Below the pieces are notes generated by a model. The model was given only the letters and a program-made list of their open reading frames with translations. It had not been told where the DNA came from and did not search any database. Both the position numbers and the translations under genes were made by a program. This document shows, piece by piece, positions 37,781 to 51,290 of a stretch of DNA of 64,000 nucleotides. Numbering within the stretch: the stretch's first letter is position 1; every line of letters begins with the position of its first letter. The DNA comes from Octopus vulgaris (lineage: Eukaryota): NCBI GenBank assembly GCA_951406725.2, contig OX597815.1, positions 202,120,001 to 202,184,000 on the forward strand. Reading direction: 5' to 3'.

Positions 37781-37955
37781 TCCGTGTGTGCATAACAGAG
37801 TATGTATGTGCTTGTGAAAGAGGGCTGGTGGTCTGGACGTGTGCGTGTATGTATATGTAGGTTTTAAAATGTGGGGATGGATGTGTGGGTGGTGTGTTGT
37901 GATATGATAGGCATGGGAAGGATAGGGAAGGTGGAGTAGGAATGTGTAGGGGTAC

Positions 37956-37974
37956 ACACATATATATATATAAA

Positions 37975-38014
<40 letters not shown>

Positions 38015-38081
38015 CATACATATATATATATATATGTATATATATGCATATATATATATTCATATATATATATACATACAT

Positions 38082-38150
<69 letters not shown>

Positions 38151-38175
38151 TGTGTATATGTGTGTGTGTGTGTAT
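37956..38175. repeat. (TA)n-rich microsatellite
   Basis: Seen directly in the sequence. Confidence 0.9.
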
Positions 38176-38799
38176 GACATTTTTAAACAAACCTTGAAGC
38201 TTCGTATAGGTTGAGATTTTAGAAATAAAGGGAATATCGAACGCAGGAGAATAGCTGTGAAAACAGCTTAGAGGAAAGAGCCCGATATATGTGTGTGACA
38301 CGCAACAGCATAAGCACACATGACGTACACGCACGTATATTTAAATATTTAATTATGTATCCTATGAAACTAAACAACTGGTATTTTTAAGACGCATCAA
38401 TGGTAGGTTTGCGTTGCAAGAGCTGTATAAAACATTAGTTGTCAAACTCGTGAAATGTCGGAAATAATTGAAGGTGATAGATTGAAGACTTGAACAGTGT
38501 TGGATGATACCGTCAGATATTTCAGCACATGTTGTATTGTTATTTTTGTGATGAATAATAAAGTGTGTTGCTAACTTTTTGCCAGATTTTTATCACAGAT
38601 ACACACAAAACATACATGTAGAAATGTATATAGCCATGTCTGCTCATAAATATACTTTTAAACATATACAGAATCCCATTTCAGTTGTAATAGCTGCATT
38701 GTTCAAGTCTTCTTAGTCGGCATTTTCCCTTTGTTATAGACTGGGGCCTAATTTATAATGTGGGCTGTATTTAAAGTAATCTCTATGCGTGTACAATCA

Positions 38800-38990
38800 T
38801 CCTCACATTTCCTTAATTGGTGCAGCCAGTTGTCCGACGCCGTACACTTGGCTCAGGCAGACTTCGCCACTTGTCCAGTCATTGATTTTGTCAGATCACA
38901 GCTTTCTCCTCTCCAGTCTCTGATGTTGATCTGTCTGCCTCACGTTCGGCTTCCTTCAATTGTGCCCTGTAAGATTGAATGGTATGCATA
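38800..38990 (-). pseudogene. RTE-clade LINE C-terminal fragment
   Basis: Minus strand SILQGTIEGSRT*GRQINIRDWRG matches the RTE C-terminal motif ILQGxxEGxRxRGRQxxxWxDNIxxWTG. Confidence 0.7.
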
Positions 38991-39030
38991 GGGCAGACTG
39001 TAAAACGCGGAACACGCTTCTATGTGTGGA

Positions 39031-39231
39031 TACTCTTTTACTTGTTTCAGTCATTTGATTGTGGCCATACTGGAGCATCACCTTTTAGTCGAGCAAGTCG
39101 ATCCCGGGACTTATTCTTTGTAAGCCTAGTACTTATTCTATAGGCCTCTTTTTCCGAACCGCTAAGTTACGGGGACGTAAACATACCAACATCGGTTGTC
39201 AAGCGATGTGTGGGGGACAAACATAGACACA

Positions 39232-39323
<92 letters not shown>

Positions 39324-39668
39324 TATATACATATATACGACGGGCTTCTTTCAGTTTCCGTCTACTAAATCTTCTCACAAGGCTTTGGTCGGCCTGAGGC
39401 TATAGTCGAAGACACTTGCCCAAGGTGCCACGCAGTGGGACTGAACCCGGAACCATGTCATTGATAAACAAGCTACTTACCACACAGCCACTCCTATATA
39501 CATAAACATATATACGACAGGCTTCTTTCAGTTTCCGTCTACCAAATCCACTCACAAGGCTTTGGTCGGCCCGAGGTTATAGTAGAAGACACTTGCCCAA
39601 GGTGCCATGCAGTCGGACTGAACCCGTGACCATGTGGTTGGTAAGCAAGCTACTTACCACACACCCAC
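39031..39668 (-). mobile_element. SINE family A with a tandemly duplicated 5' (tRNA-like) half
   Basis: A full copy at 39031-39495 is followed by a second head segment at 39512-39668. Confidence 0.9.
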
Positions 39669-40107
39669 GTTCAATGTTTCAATGACAGCAAAATAATATC
39701 TTTGGAAATTTGTAAAACTGCTGAGAATTGATCATACAGTCGCATGAATACAACCCACATGTTCATTTAAATATTTACAAGAGCGATATTTCTCTAATGC
39801 ATAACTTCCCTATTTCCAAAACTCCCGGAAGGACCATTTTTTAATGTGTGCACTATTTCGGATGATGATAATTTCTTAATTTATATCCAGGCTTTATGAG
39901 TCTCACAATCTCCTTGTTGTCCAATTCTTCGAATCCAAGCATATTTGATTCAATGGCACCATTTCACAAAGTGAAATATTGGGGCGGTGGGTAATATATT
40001 ATATGATGAGTAAATAACGCGAATATTTTCCTCCAAATTTTCAACCAGAGGAAAAGAAAATATAAGCGGAGGAACGACATATAGATGAGTAGAAAAATAG
40101 TGATACC

Positions 40108-40345
40108 AAGGCAGCAAGCTAGCAGAAACTTTAGCACGCCGGGCGAAATATTTAACGGTATTTCGTCTGCCGCTACGTTCTGAGTTCAAATTCCATCGAG
40201 GTCGACTTTGCCTTTCATACTTTCCGGGCCGATTAAATAAGTACCAGTTACGCACTGGGGTCGATATAATCGACTTAATCCGTTTGTCTGTCCTTGTTTG
40301 TCCCCTCTGTGTAGCACCTTCTGGGCAGCAAAGAAATAAGGAAAG
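40108..40345 (+). mobile_element. SINE family B; 9-bp TSD AGTGATACC
   Basis: TSD at 40099-40107 and 40346-40354. Confidence 0.92.
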
Positions 40346-41076
40346 AGTGATACCGAGAAACTATTAGTAGCCCTAATAAAATACTACTGACCTGTACAAA
40401 AAAAAAAGAAGGAAGATGAAGAGTTTGAAGAAATGTTCACGAAATATAAATTCTATAAATCGATTACTAGTTACTGTACGAAAGAAAGTTTTATTTATAA
40501 TTATTATAATATCAAACTGACTGTGAATAATACAAAGGATACGTTGGAGGTATACAATATAATGATAAATATCAAATAATTCATTTGCCAAAAGATATTT
40601 AAATAGACATATCGTGATATAATAGAAAAACATGGTGTCGTTGCGCCAATATTGGATTATCAGTTATATATTTGTATCAATTAAATCTCACTTCACTAGA
40701 CGTATTTAGTGTAGATACCGGATTGTTAGATTATTTGATGAAAAATTTGTGGAATCCTAACAGTTTAACCAGAGAGCTAGCGAATAATTTGAATAAAGGA
40801 TGCTAAATAACGGTCAGCGAATTGGTCAGAAGAAGACAATAGGTCTGCTTAATGAGAACACCCTTGAGTCATATTGGTTGCACACATAGACAGAATAATA
40901 GCTTTAATGTCGGTGAAAGAACAATAAAAGAACGATGAACCATTCTAGTAAAAATGACATAAAATCTAAAGATAATTCTCTTTATTTTCTTAAGGGCAAC
41001 TTTACTGCCATTGAAAATGTGGTGTAATATCGAAAGACAATAATATATAAATGTATTCATACAAACACAAATGCAT

Positions 41077-41077
<1 letters not shown>

Positions 41078-41122
<45 letters not shown>

Positions 41123-41208
41123 ACACACACACACACACAAATATATATATAAATGTGGCAGTGTATGTGGTACATAACTGTATGTGTGTATGCACGTACG
41201 TATGTATA

Positions 41209-41247
<39 letters not shown>

Positions 41248-41335
41248 GTATATGTATATGTATATATATATATACATACACACATATATATATATATCTA
41301 TATATATATGTGTATATATATATATATATACATAT

Positions 41336-41367
<32 letters not shown>

Positions 41368-41385
41368 GTTCTATGTATGTATGTA
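41078..41385. repeat. (CA)n/(TA)n compound microsatellite
   Basis: Seen directly in the sequence. Confidence 0.9.
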
Positions 41386-41919
41386 TGCGCATACACTTAT
41401 ACAAGAACATATATGTGTGTGTGTTCGTGTGAATATACGATGCATTAATGCTTGTAAGTATGTATATATAGAGAGAGAAAGGTGGAGGGAGAGTAGACAG
41501 AGTTGGGAAGAGACAGGATAGAGATTATAAAGTGTTATAGCCACTGGTCATTTTATCAGTATGAGTCGATGTATCGCAGTACATATATACTCTTTACAAC
41601 ATCGGTGGTCAGATATTGTAATTTTGACATACATTTTAGTAATAATTTAGTGCGGCTACATAATTAATCCCACAGTAGTACAAGAGTATTGTGTTCTCTA
41701 CCGAAGAATTGTAAACTAGAAAATCTAAAACGAACTCAATATTTTAATTAGAAAATTAATTGTAAAGATCTGTTGTTTTATTAATGCGGGCATTTTATTA
41801 ACTTTGATGCGGTCAGTCTCTATATGAAATTCATTTTCACTTATATAAGTTCTCTCGGTATATTGTTGATAAATTGTTATTTAAAAGGAATTATTAAAGT
41901 ATTGTACAAGTGTGAAGAG

Positions 41920-41937
41920 ATAATAATAATAATAATG

Positions 41938-41995
<58 letters not shown>

Positions 41996-42047
41996 CAACA
42001 ACAATAACAATAACAATAATAATAATAATATTAATAATAATGATAAT
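41920..42047. repeat. (TAA)n microsatellite
   Basis: Seen directly in the sequence. Confidence 0.95.
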
Positions 42048-42603
42048 TGCCCTGATGCAGTACTAGACAGTGGCTCTCATGGCTTCTGTTCTTAACTGAT
42101 TGGAAGCGTTATCATGTACATTGTTTTGTCATGGTATTAAAGATGGGCTACAGCAAATATTCTGCTCAATAGCACAGATTTGCTTGCCAGTTATTTTACC
42201 TTAACCAGTTGAACATGTCCCTTAGTGGCTGACCCTATGTGCATCTCTCATCATGAGCAGAAGTAGTGAGGGAGCATCATAGCCGTGTGTTGAAAGGAAT
42301 TTTTTGGAGGTTTGGATAATTCACCTTTGGAAACATAGGTGGTTCGTTCAACATCCTCAAAAAATCCTTATTCATTGACCTTTTGAGAGGGATGGGCTAC
42401 TGGACTAGAAGAAAATTCTAACTGGGTCCCACCTGCAAGGTCATGCGCTGTTTATCTTGATATGAGATCCCAATGTCGCGCTCAAATGGTTGTGATGCAT
42501 GTGCCTGGTGTACCCTTATCAGACGGGTAGTCATGATGGGTATACTAGGCTTCGTATATTTTACCCCACTGTCACTTTGATGGCATGCACTTCTCTCTCA
42601 CTC
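42048..42603 (+). mobile_element. ~555-bp non-coding insert between (TAA)n arrays; probable non-autonomous (TAA)n-targeting retroelement or long 3' UTR
   Basis: A higher-complexity, GC-richer block with sharp junctions into (TAA)n on both sides and no recognisable ORF. Confidence 0.5.
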
Positions 42604-42650
<47 letters not shown>

Positions 42651-42697
42651 TAATAATACTAATGATAATAATAGTAATAGAAATAATAATAATAATA

Positions 42698-42733
<36 letters not shown>

Positions 42734-42781
42734 GTAGTATTAATAATAATAATAATAATAATAATGATGATGATGATGATG

Positions 42782-42870
<89 letters not shown>
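42604..42870. repeat. Interrupted (TAA)n array, copy 1
   Basis: Seen directly; its interruptions are shared with 43285-43530. Confidence 0.95.
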
Positions 42871-42873
<3 letters not shown>

Positions 42874-42889
42874 GAAAGAATAAATAAAA

Positions 42890-43284
42890 AGACCATGAAG
42901 AAAAAAATGCTTTCTAATTGATGTATCAGTACCGGCAGATGACAACGTGTCTCTAAAAGAAATGGAGAAACTCTCAAAATACAAAGACCTGGAAATAGAG
43001 GTAACTAGAATGTGGAATCTGAAAACAGAAACAATTCCTATCATAGTAGGTGCATTAGGCATGATAAAAAAATATTCAGACAAATACATAACAAAAACAC
43101 CAGGACTTACAAACACATATAACATACAGAAAATTGCACTACTAGGCACTGCACACATCCTACGCAGAACACTTTCCATACAATAACCATCAGAGCATCA
43201 CAACAAATCACAGCACATACCCAAGGCACACAGAGCTGCGCTCGGTAGTGAAGTGAAAGCACGCTATAAAAATAAAACTACTGA
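42890..43284 (+). mobile_element. R4/Dong-type non-LTR retrotransposon, 5'-truncated (REL C-terminus, 3' UTR, (TAA)n tail)
   Basis: KKCFLIDVSVPADDNVSLKEMEKLSKYKDLEIEVTRMWNLKTETIPIIVGALG...IQKIALLGTAHILRRTLSIQ* (stop 43186), open over this stretch. Dong elements are known to target TAA repeats. Confidence 0.9.
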
Positions 43285-43440
43285 ATAATAATAATAATAA
43301 TAATTATTATTATTATTATTATTATTATAATAATAATGATAATAATACTAATGATAATAATAGTAATAGAAATAATAATAATAATAATAGTAGTAATAGT
43401 ATTAATAATAATAATAATAATAATAATAATGATGATGATG

Positions 43441-43530
<90 letters not shown>
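43285..43530. repeat. Interrupted (TAA)n array, copy 2
   Basis: Seen directly in the sequence. Confidence 0.95.
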
Positions 43531-45070
43531 TGCACAGCGACATGAAGGAAAATACAAAAAAAAAGAGAGTAGCTGCGGCGAGTGAGATAAATACTGGCTT
43601 TAAAGCAGAATGCCAGAAACATAATTTCCGTAAAATAAATCTCGCGCGCATTCGCAGTAATTCGGTATGGCGTTGGAATCCTGAAGTGGACAGAGGAGGA
43701 GCTAAAGGAGATGGACAGGAAGCAGGAAGTCAAGAAAGCTCCTAACGATACATGGAACCCATCATTCACCTGCAGACACTGATCGCATATACATGAAGAG
43801 AGTAAGTGCAGGAAGGAGACTGATAAATGTGGAATACTGCGTACGTATGGAACTCGAGAGCTTAATGAGATAGCTTTCCCAAATCAAGGAAGTCTTGGTA
43901 GTGTCAGTGAGGAACGATGTATTGGAAGCAGAGGAAAAGAAGAAAAACAAAGGAAGGAGTACGAATAGAGCATGAAAAAGTATTACGCAATAAGGGACTA
44001 CACAATCAATTCCATGTAGCCACAACAGAATTTGCTGGAAAAAATAGGTGACATTGGCTGATGAAAGGAACTCTAAAAGTATTGAGTGAGCGCACTGTAC
44101 TCGTGGCGCAGAACCAAGCTTCAGTCACAAACTACAGGGTCAACTTGAGAAATGCGCAAGTGTCTGTGCTGCGCCGCATCTGCAATAGAATGAATGAAAC
44201 CATTGCCAATATCACAACCGAATGCCCTAGAATTGCCCAAAACCACTACAAAGGCGGCGAGCTGGCAGAAACGTTAGCACGCCGGGCGAATTGCGTAGCC
44301 GTATTTCGTCTGTCGTTACGTTCCGAGTTCAATTTCAACCGAGGTCGACTTTGCCTTTCATCCTTTCGGGGTCGATAAATTAAGTACCAGTTACGCACTG
44401 GGGTCGATGTAATTGACTTAATCCATTTGTCTGTCCTTGTTTGTCCCCTCTGTGTTTAGCTCCTTGTGGGCAGTAAAGAAATATATAAATTGTGACGACA
44501 CGATTAGGGAGCAAAAGTGCTACATTGGAAACTGGGAAAGTGACGGCTAGAGAGAGGCAAGACGTGGTATGGCACAAAGCGCAGAGAGTAACGGAATCGA
44601 AAACTAGCAGAATCCACTGGGATTTCCCATTTCAAACAGATCAGTTCCTAGAGCATAACAAACCGGAACTAGTGATGGTCAATAAGGTGCACAACATGTG
44701 TTATATAGTTGACGTTGCATGTCTCTCCGACCCACGTAAATTCAAGAAGGAAGGCGAAAAGATAGATAGATACAAACCTCTTAAGTACAACATAGTCTAG
44801 CTATGAAAAGGTGATAAAGCTGAAGATTGTGCCAGTTATTAGTGGGTTCTTTGAAATAGTGTAAGAAGGCATCAAAAGGATATCAAGGAAACTGGAATGG
44901 AGTGCCCAGTAGAATTGTTAGAAAAATTTTGCCTCTTGGCCTCGGCCAGAGAGATCAGAAAAGTATCAGATAGCTTAAAATAACGGATACTATGGTACCG
45001 TAGGTAGCAAGTAGCAAGCCCGCAACGCCTGCAAAACTCTAGGGGCTGCAACAAAACCCGTGATAAAAGA
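43531..45070 (+). mobile_element. Older, decayed R4/Dong-type element (post-RT region, CCHC, REL) with a nested SINE
   Basis: HSPADTDRIYMKRVSAGRRL (resembling HPKADxDRLYxxRxxGGRGL), AQNQA, ICNRMNETIANITTECPRIAQNHYK|SINE|RHD, IHWDFPFQTDQFLEHNKPELVMVNK..CYIVDVAC; ends in (TAA)n. Confidence 0.85.
44251..44485 (+). mobile_element. SINE family B nested in the Dong-like element
   Basis: Full AGGCGGCGAGCTGGCAGAAAC...CCTTGTGGGCAGTAAAGAAATA, splitting the YK/RHD motif. Confidence 0.92.

Positions 45071-45158
<88 letters not shown>
45071..45158. repeat. (TAA)n array
   Basis: Seen directly in the sequence. Confidence 0.95.
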
Positions 45159-45163
<5 letters not shown>

Positions 45164-45299
45164 TGAACGAACTATTGAGTTTGGTTTAATGGCCTACCAA
45201 TGTATACTATGAGTTTCTTTGCCCTAGGAGTCGGGAAGACACTCGGCAAGAAATGGAAGCAAATTTGAAAGAAGAAGAAAAAAAATAATAATAATAAAA

Positions 45300-45557
45300 A
45301 TATGCATGGGAACTGCTCATATCCTACGCAAAATACTTTCTATGTAATCTCAGGGTTTAAAAGAAACATAATTTTCGTTTTTTTTTCGACATTCACTAGT
45401 ACAATACCAAAAGAAACCCCGAATATATGGCACACTAGGCACAACAACAACATGAACTTGCAACCTGTTGTCTCTTGAGGTCTCTGGGTGAGACTTGGAG
45501 CCAACTTGTACAAATGTAAAGCAAAAGTCAAACATAGAATAATAATAATAATAATAA
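45300..45557 (+). mobile_element. Third Dong-type 3' end
   Basis: MGTAHILRKILSM* (compare GTAHILRRTLSIQ* at 43145-43186), then a different 3' UTR and (TAA)n. Confidence 0.8.
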
Positions 45558-46140
45558 TCTCCCTCTATTCTACTTCTTTCTACCACTAATGCCTACGTAA
45601 GCCTCATCGATTCTATTCTAATTTCCCTTTTAAGAGCAAACCAACAGTTGTTGTTGAGGATTGCACCCGTCAACGCCCGTTTAACTAATTCACTAATCCG
45701 GTCTCTGTCACCTTGACATGCCGGTAACGAAGTGTTCAGCTTTCAGTAACCAGGACCCTGTCTATGAAACCTATCTAATTTGACCGTACAGTCCGTAAAT
45801 TTGTTGTGTGAATAACCGACCTTGTGATACTGCTATTATACTCAGGTTTCAGTTTTGATACTGCTATTATACTCAGAATTAAATGGAAAACAGGTAGCAG
45901 GGCCTTACTATTGTCAGACTAAAAAAAATGAACATTCTACACCTAATTTATATCACCAGGAGAAGCGAATATCAAAGAACAATTTTTACCAGTCTAAGAG
46001 GTGTATGTTGTTCATATTTTTGCATATCTCTTTAAAGTATTTCAGGACATTCTCGTCAAATCTATAATAGAAAATTAGAAATGGGATTGTGCTGTTGGGG
46101 CTTATTTCCAGAGCTCAGACAGTTCCGAGATCAATCCCAT

Positions 46141-46210
<70 letters not shown>

Positions 46211-46570
46211 ATATATATATATATGTATATGTGTTTGGTAGTGGCTGATGGATCGCTTCCGCTCTAAGTGAATTTTTACCAAGGAATCGAAATATATTCA
46301 TTTAGCTAATAGTTATACGCCACTCATTCATACGAGTACGACTTATTCTCTTGAATTTAGTATACAGCTTCTGTTCAGTTATGGTAGGAAACTAGGATGC
46401 GACTTGACATTACATCAAATAAATAGTAGTAAAACATATTTATATCAATATAATTACCAAAATTTATGTCAAGATAATTTAATACCTGAAACAAAACATT
46501 TGCAGAACATACTATTACAAAATAATAGTACTTCTTTCTTCTTTAGTTCTCAGAGGGGAATGAATATGCT

Positions 46571-46596
46571 TAGATAGATAGATAGACAGACAGACT

Positions 46597-46683
<87 letters not shown>

Positions 46684-46700
46684 GGTAGACAGATAGATAC
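46571..46700. repeat. (TAGA)n microsatellite
   Basis: Seen directly in the sequence. Confidence 0.95.
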
Positions 46701-49067
46701 ATACATACATATGTGTGTGTGTTTACACATATTAGTGTCTTTGGTTAGTGTGTGTACAAGTGAGCGTATGTGTTCGAACAAGGTTTTGTGTATGTAATTG
46801 TTCCTTTACCATAGTTTAAAATAAGTCCCTAGTTGCTAGTGAAATAATGTTTCATTCACTTATTTTTCTTTAATTATTTATCATTAAAGAACGATCGATT
46901 CTACCCTGTATAGTAGATCGCTAGATCTCGGCAACTGCGACACTACACTTTACGGAGTATGTTACCCGAAAATATCAGAGAAATTATTCTTGCACGCTCA
47001 TCACAACAAACCGTTTGAACCGAAACAAAAACTTGAAGTAGTCGGATTCACCTACACGACAAGAAAAAAAAAATCATAAATTCGTGCACATTGAAACCGC
47101 CTCAAATATATGGCCTTTAATTATAAAGGCTATCATATTGTAAATGTGTTCTCTTCACGTGTAATCAATATATTATTGGTGTTGTTGCTTAACCCAGTAT
47201 TTCTACGAGGCTAGCACGTCAGAACTTTTAAATTAATAGAGATTGTCATGTTTAATAAAATTATATATGGTTAAATGTCTTTAATCTTGTCGAACACTTT
47301 GACGAAAAACGAAGATATAGAAAAGTATACATATTTTTTTATTCCTAAAGATGAGAGAGGACATACATTCATAGAACATCATTTTTTGCAACTCTGTTTT
47401 ATCAAATATTCAGATAGTTTTTCATCGCTTATAATATTGAATATGTCCTTGCCCTTTAGAACGACATGGGGAAACTTCAAATGATATTTGGCTGTTATTT
47501 CGAGTAAACAGAGAGGCTGTTAATGCGTTAAGCCCGTAACGATGAGAAAAAAAAAATAGTTTATGGAAAAAATATCCGTTATACGATCGGTCGGGAAAGA
47601 TATCTGCATTCAATATTTCTCAAACGCCTCATTAAATAACAATTTAGAATATAGTCCTATTTTCCATCCATTTTCTATATACACTATGCGCAGCTTATTT
47701 CAAAAGACATACCCTTCGGATACACATCAATGTTAATGGTTATTTATGTATGAAATAATATTTCTGCGTTTATTTTGTGGGTTTAGAGAACAATCTAAGC
47801 TAGATTTATGAGTCCACCATTATGCTAGCACTCTCCCCTCTTTTCATAGTTTGACCAATTGCTGCTTTTAATATCAGAACTGACAAACCAATGTAAACCA
47901 TCTTTAGCTGCATTGTCTTTGTCCACATGTCCTCTGCGTAAATGAGAGAGTTCAGTAGTCTTGTCAGCTCATGTTTGTTTTTATAAGGTCCAGCTCTTCT
48001 AATGGCCAGGCGGGATATCTCTGTTCGTATTGCATTAAGTTTCTCTGTTTTCTAATATTTTATATTTCTACACACTTTGACTCGGTACAGTTATCTTCCT
48101 TCCATTTACTCTTTGATAATTATTCATTTCATTGAAATAGCTATCCATGAAAATGTGTGTAGTAGAATGGATGTTATGCTCATATATGATGTTCCGATGA
48201 GTATTTTATATAATAATATTATTATTATTTTGCATAGCCAACAGCACAGTCAACAGCAAATACCACTTTAATATAAGAGTGTATTCGGTATTGTTAGGAA
48301 TATTAAAAGAAGGCAGCATAATAGTATAGCGCTAACGCAAATGTATTGCGGGGCTTATTAATGTCATTTTATATTCCCTGATCAGAACTTGCCGAAGATG
48401 TTTTCATGTTTGTCTCTCAAGAACAACGAAAAATGTTTTTTAAATCTACCGATAATGCATTAATCACCCTTCTAAATTGTAGCTTTGTGTCGATGTAAGA
48501 AAACAGATTCTTTTGAGTAACGCTGTTTGTAGCAGGTTCAAACCTATGCCAACAAAAGTATTATATATACGATACAATATGTTTTCTGTGAAATAACGCG
48601 TTGCTCTGAAGTATTTAATCCTTGGGGATTAAATACTAGAGAAAGGCATTTATTTTAACCTGCAAAGTATCTATAAATACGACTAGTTTAAATAGTATAG
48701 TACACACACAAACACACGCACACACCACATATTCTCAATGCTAACCATGTATTCGGTGTTATAAACGGAGACAATTCATATAATACAGCTGACACACCAC
48801 AAGCACTCAAGAGGTGAATTACTATGTTTAAAAGTAAGCATCCCATACAAAATTCTCCTACTCGACAGTTTCCTCTCCATAAATTTTTGAAGTTAATTAT
48901 GAATGAATAAAACATGGCAGTAGTATATGCTTGGCTTAAATATTTATTGTAATGTGTCTACGAATTTCAGAGATCTTTCTTTGAGTATTGTTGGATATGA
49001 GTAAAGTAAAGGCGAATCCAAACTTGTCCTCAAAGGCTTAACAACAACAATAATTAGAGGATCATAG

Positions 49068-49246
49068 AAGGCGGTGAGCTGACAGAATCGTTAGCACACA
49101 GAACAAAATGCTTCGCAACATTTCGTCTGTCTTTAACATTCTGAGTTCAAATTCAGCCGAAAGTGTTGAACAACGGGATCGACGTAATCGATTTAGCCTT
49201 TCCATCGAACTTGCTGGTCTTGTGCCAAATTTTGAAATCAATATTG
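49068..49246 (+). mobile_element. SINE family B' with the core deleted; 12-bp TSD AGAGGATCATAG
   Basis: TSD at 49056-49067 and 49247-49258. Confidence 0.88.
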
Positions 49247-49819
49247 AGAGGATCATAGCAATGTATTTTCCGTGAATGGAATTCCAGTAAAGGAGAATTA
49301 GTAGGTAGTGTTAAAGGATGCTTAGTAGGAGGATGGCTTCCAAACAACTAAAGCTACCATTTCAATCGTATCCCAACAGAATAAATATGTTTGTATGGAC
49401 GAGACAGGCACACACAAAGATAAGCACACATGCCCCACCACCACCACCACATATATATGTATGATTACACAATCGTCGACTTCGATCAAGCTTCACCACA
49501 TTTCTGCACGCATATGCACAGGTCATTGCAATGTGGAAGGCTATCACTTGAAGAAGCATGCATGAATCCATTCCTCACGCAACCAATGCGTTAGCAGCCG
49601 TTGCCAAAGCACAAACAATCCGAACAGATACTGCAAGTTTCTCTTTTCAACATTCTGATGCCTAAAATAATTTATCAGCTCTGACTGATATCGGCCCACA
49701 AAGTTTGAAAGATAAAGTATATTTGGTGAAGTTTGAATTTAGAGACCAGGGGTCTGAAAATATACTTTTAGACAATCCCTCAGCAAACTCTAACGATATA
49801 TCACCGACATATATATCTT

Positions 49820-50012
49820 ATGCATGAATGTAAGCATGCATGCATGTTCGTATGTATAAATGCATTAATGCATGTATGTATGCATGCATTAATGTATGTA
49901 TGTATACATATATGTATGTAGACATGTATTAATGCATGTGTGTATGCATGCATTAATGTATGTATGCTTACATGTTTGTATGCAGTCATGTATTAATGCA
50001 TGCATTCATGTA
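49820..50012. repeat. Degenerate minisatellite built from (TGCA/TGTA)n with recurring palindromic TGCATTAATGCA
   Basis: Seen directly in the sequence. Confidence 0.7.
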
Positions 50013-50380
50013 TGCTCAAGAGTATGTATATTATACAGTTTTATCTTTAGATTCTTTACCAATGTAGAAAGAGTCAGCTTCTATCAGTGATCCAAGACTC
50101 CGTCTAAGTATTAAAAAATAGCAATGTAAGTTTTGCATATTTGTGCAATATTTGGAGTTAATACATCTTTGTATGCTTTGTTTAATATATTATCTCATGC
50201 ATATAGTAACATGTCTAGATATGGACACAAGTTTTATATATTTTGTTCTACACATTTTACATATTTTGACAGTTTCCATTATGGGTTATAACTATATTCA
50301 AATTATTATATTTCTGCTTTCTCGTTTCGAAAGGCCTAATATCTCAAAATTGGTACTGATCAGTCCTTTCATATACTAGT

Positions 50381-50547
50381 AGGGGTGGCTGTGTGGTAAG
50401 TAGCTTGCTTACCAACCACATGGTTCCGGGTTTAGTCCCATTACGTGGCACCTTAGGCAAGTGTCTTCTACTATAGCGTCGGGTCGACCAAAGCCTTGTG
50501 AGTGAATTTGGTCGACAGAAACTGAAAGAAGCCCGTTATATATATGC

Positions 50548-50605
<58 letters not shown>

Positions 50606-50824
50606 ATATATATGTTTGTGTGTCTGTGTTTGTCCCCGCAACATCGCTTGACAACCTATGATGGTGAGTTTACGTCCCCGTAACATAGCGGTTCGGCAAG
50701 AGACCGATAGAATAACTACTAGGCTTACAAAGAATAAGTCTTGGGGTTGATTTCCTTCACTAATGGCGGTGCTCCAGCATGGCCACAGTCAAATGACTGA
50801 AACAAGTAAAAGAGTAAAAGAGTA
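50381..50824 (+). mobile_element. SINE family A, full length
   Basis: AGGGGTGGCTGTGTGGTAAG...CAAGTAAAAGAGTAAAAGAGTA. Confidence 0.9.
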
Positions 50825-50864
50825 GTAACCCTAATAATTATGGACATAAATCTGAACTTTTAAT

Positions 50865-51290
50865 CAAGGTAGAGCAATTCTGAATTTCTCACCAATTCAT
50901 CGTACGCCTTTCTTTTTCGCTGATTTTTAGCTTTCTTTTGATATCGACTTAGCACTTGATTTCCTCTACTGTACATTGTTTCTCTTCCCTGTCATATGTT
51001 TGGTCTATAATGTTTCTATTTAGTAGAGGTCTTGATTCAGTAGATTACATCACGATGACATTTTCGGACAACTCGTAATGATCTGGATGGCATTTTTCAG
51101 TGTTATCTTCAGAAAGTTACCATCGCTTATATTACAATGATTTACCCGCACCCTTCCTTATCCGTGCATCGATAATTTGGTCGCTATTTCTTGTTTATTG
51201 ATTGCAAACGCATATCACTCAAAGTGACCGTTAGTGGCTTTTGGTATATGAGACACTGTTTTGATTATCCTTGAGCTTTCTAATAATATA
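50865..51290 (-). pseudogene. Decayed copy of the REL retroelement family seen at 32595-33200
   Basis: Minus strand FAINKQEIATK, IITSCPKMSS (compare IISSCLKMSS) and YDELVRNSELLYL (compare YAELMRNLQLLYP). Confidence 0.55.

Noticed and set aside
45600-45830. Faint PIF1/Helitron helicase-like translation on the minus strand
   Set aside because: The similarity is too weak to separate from chance.
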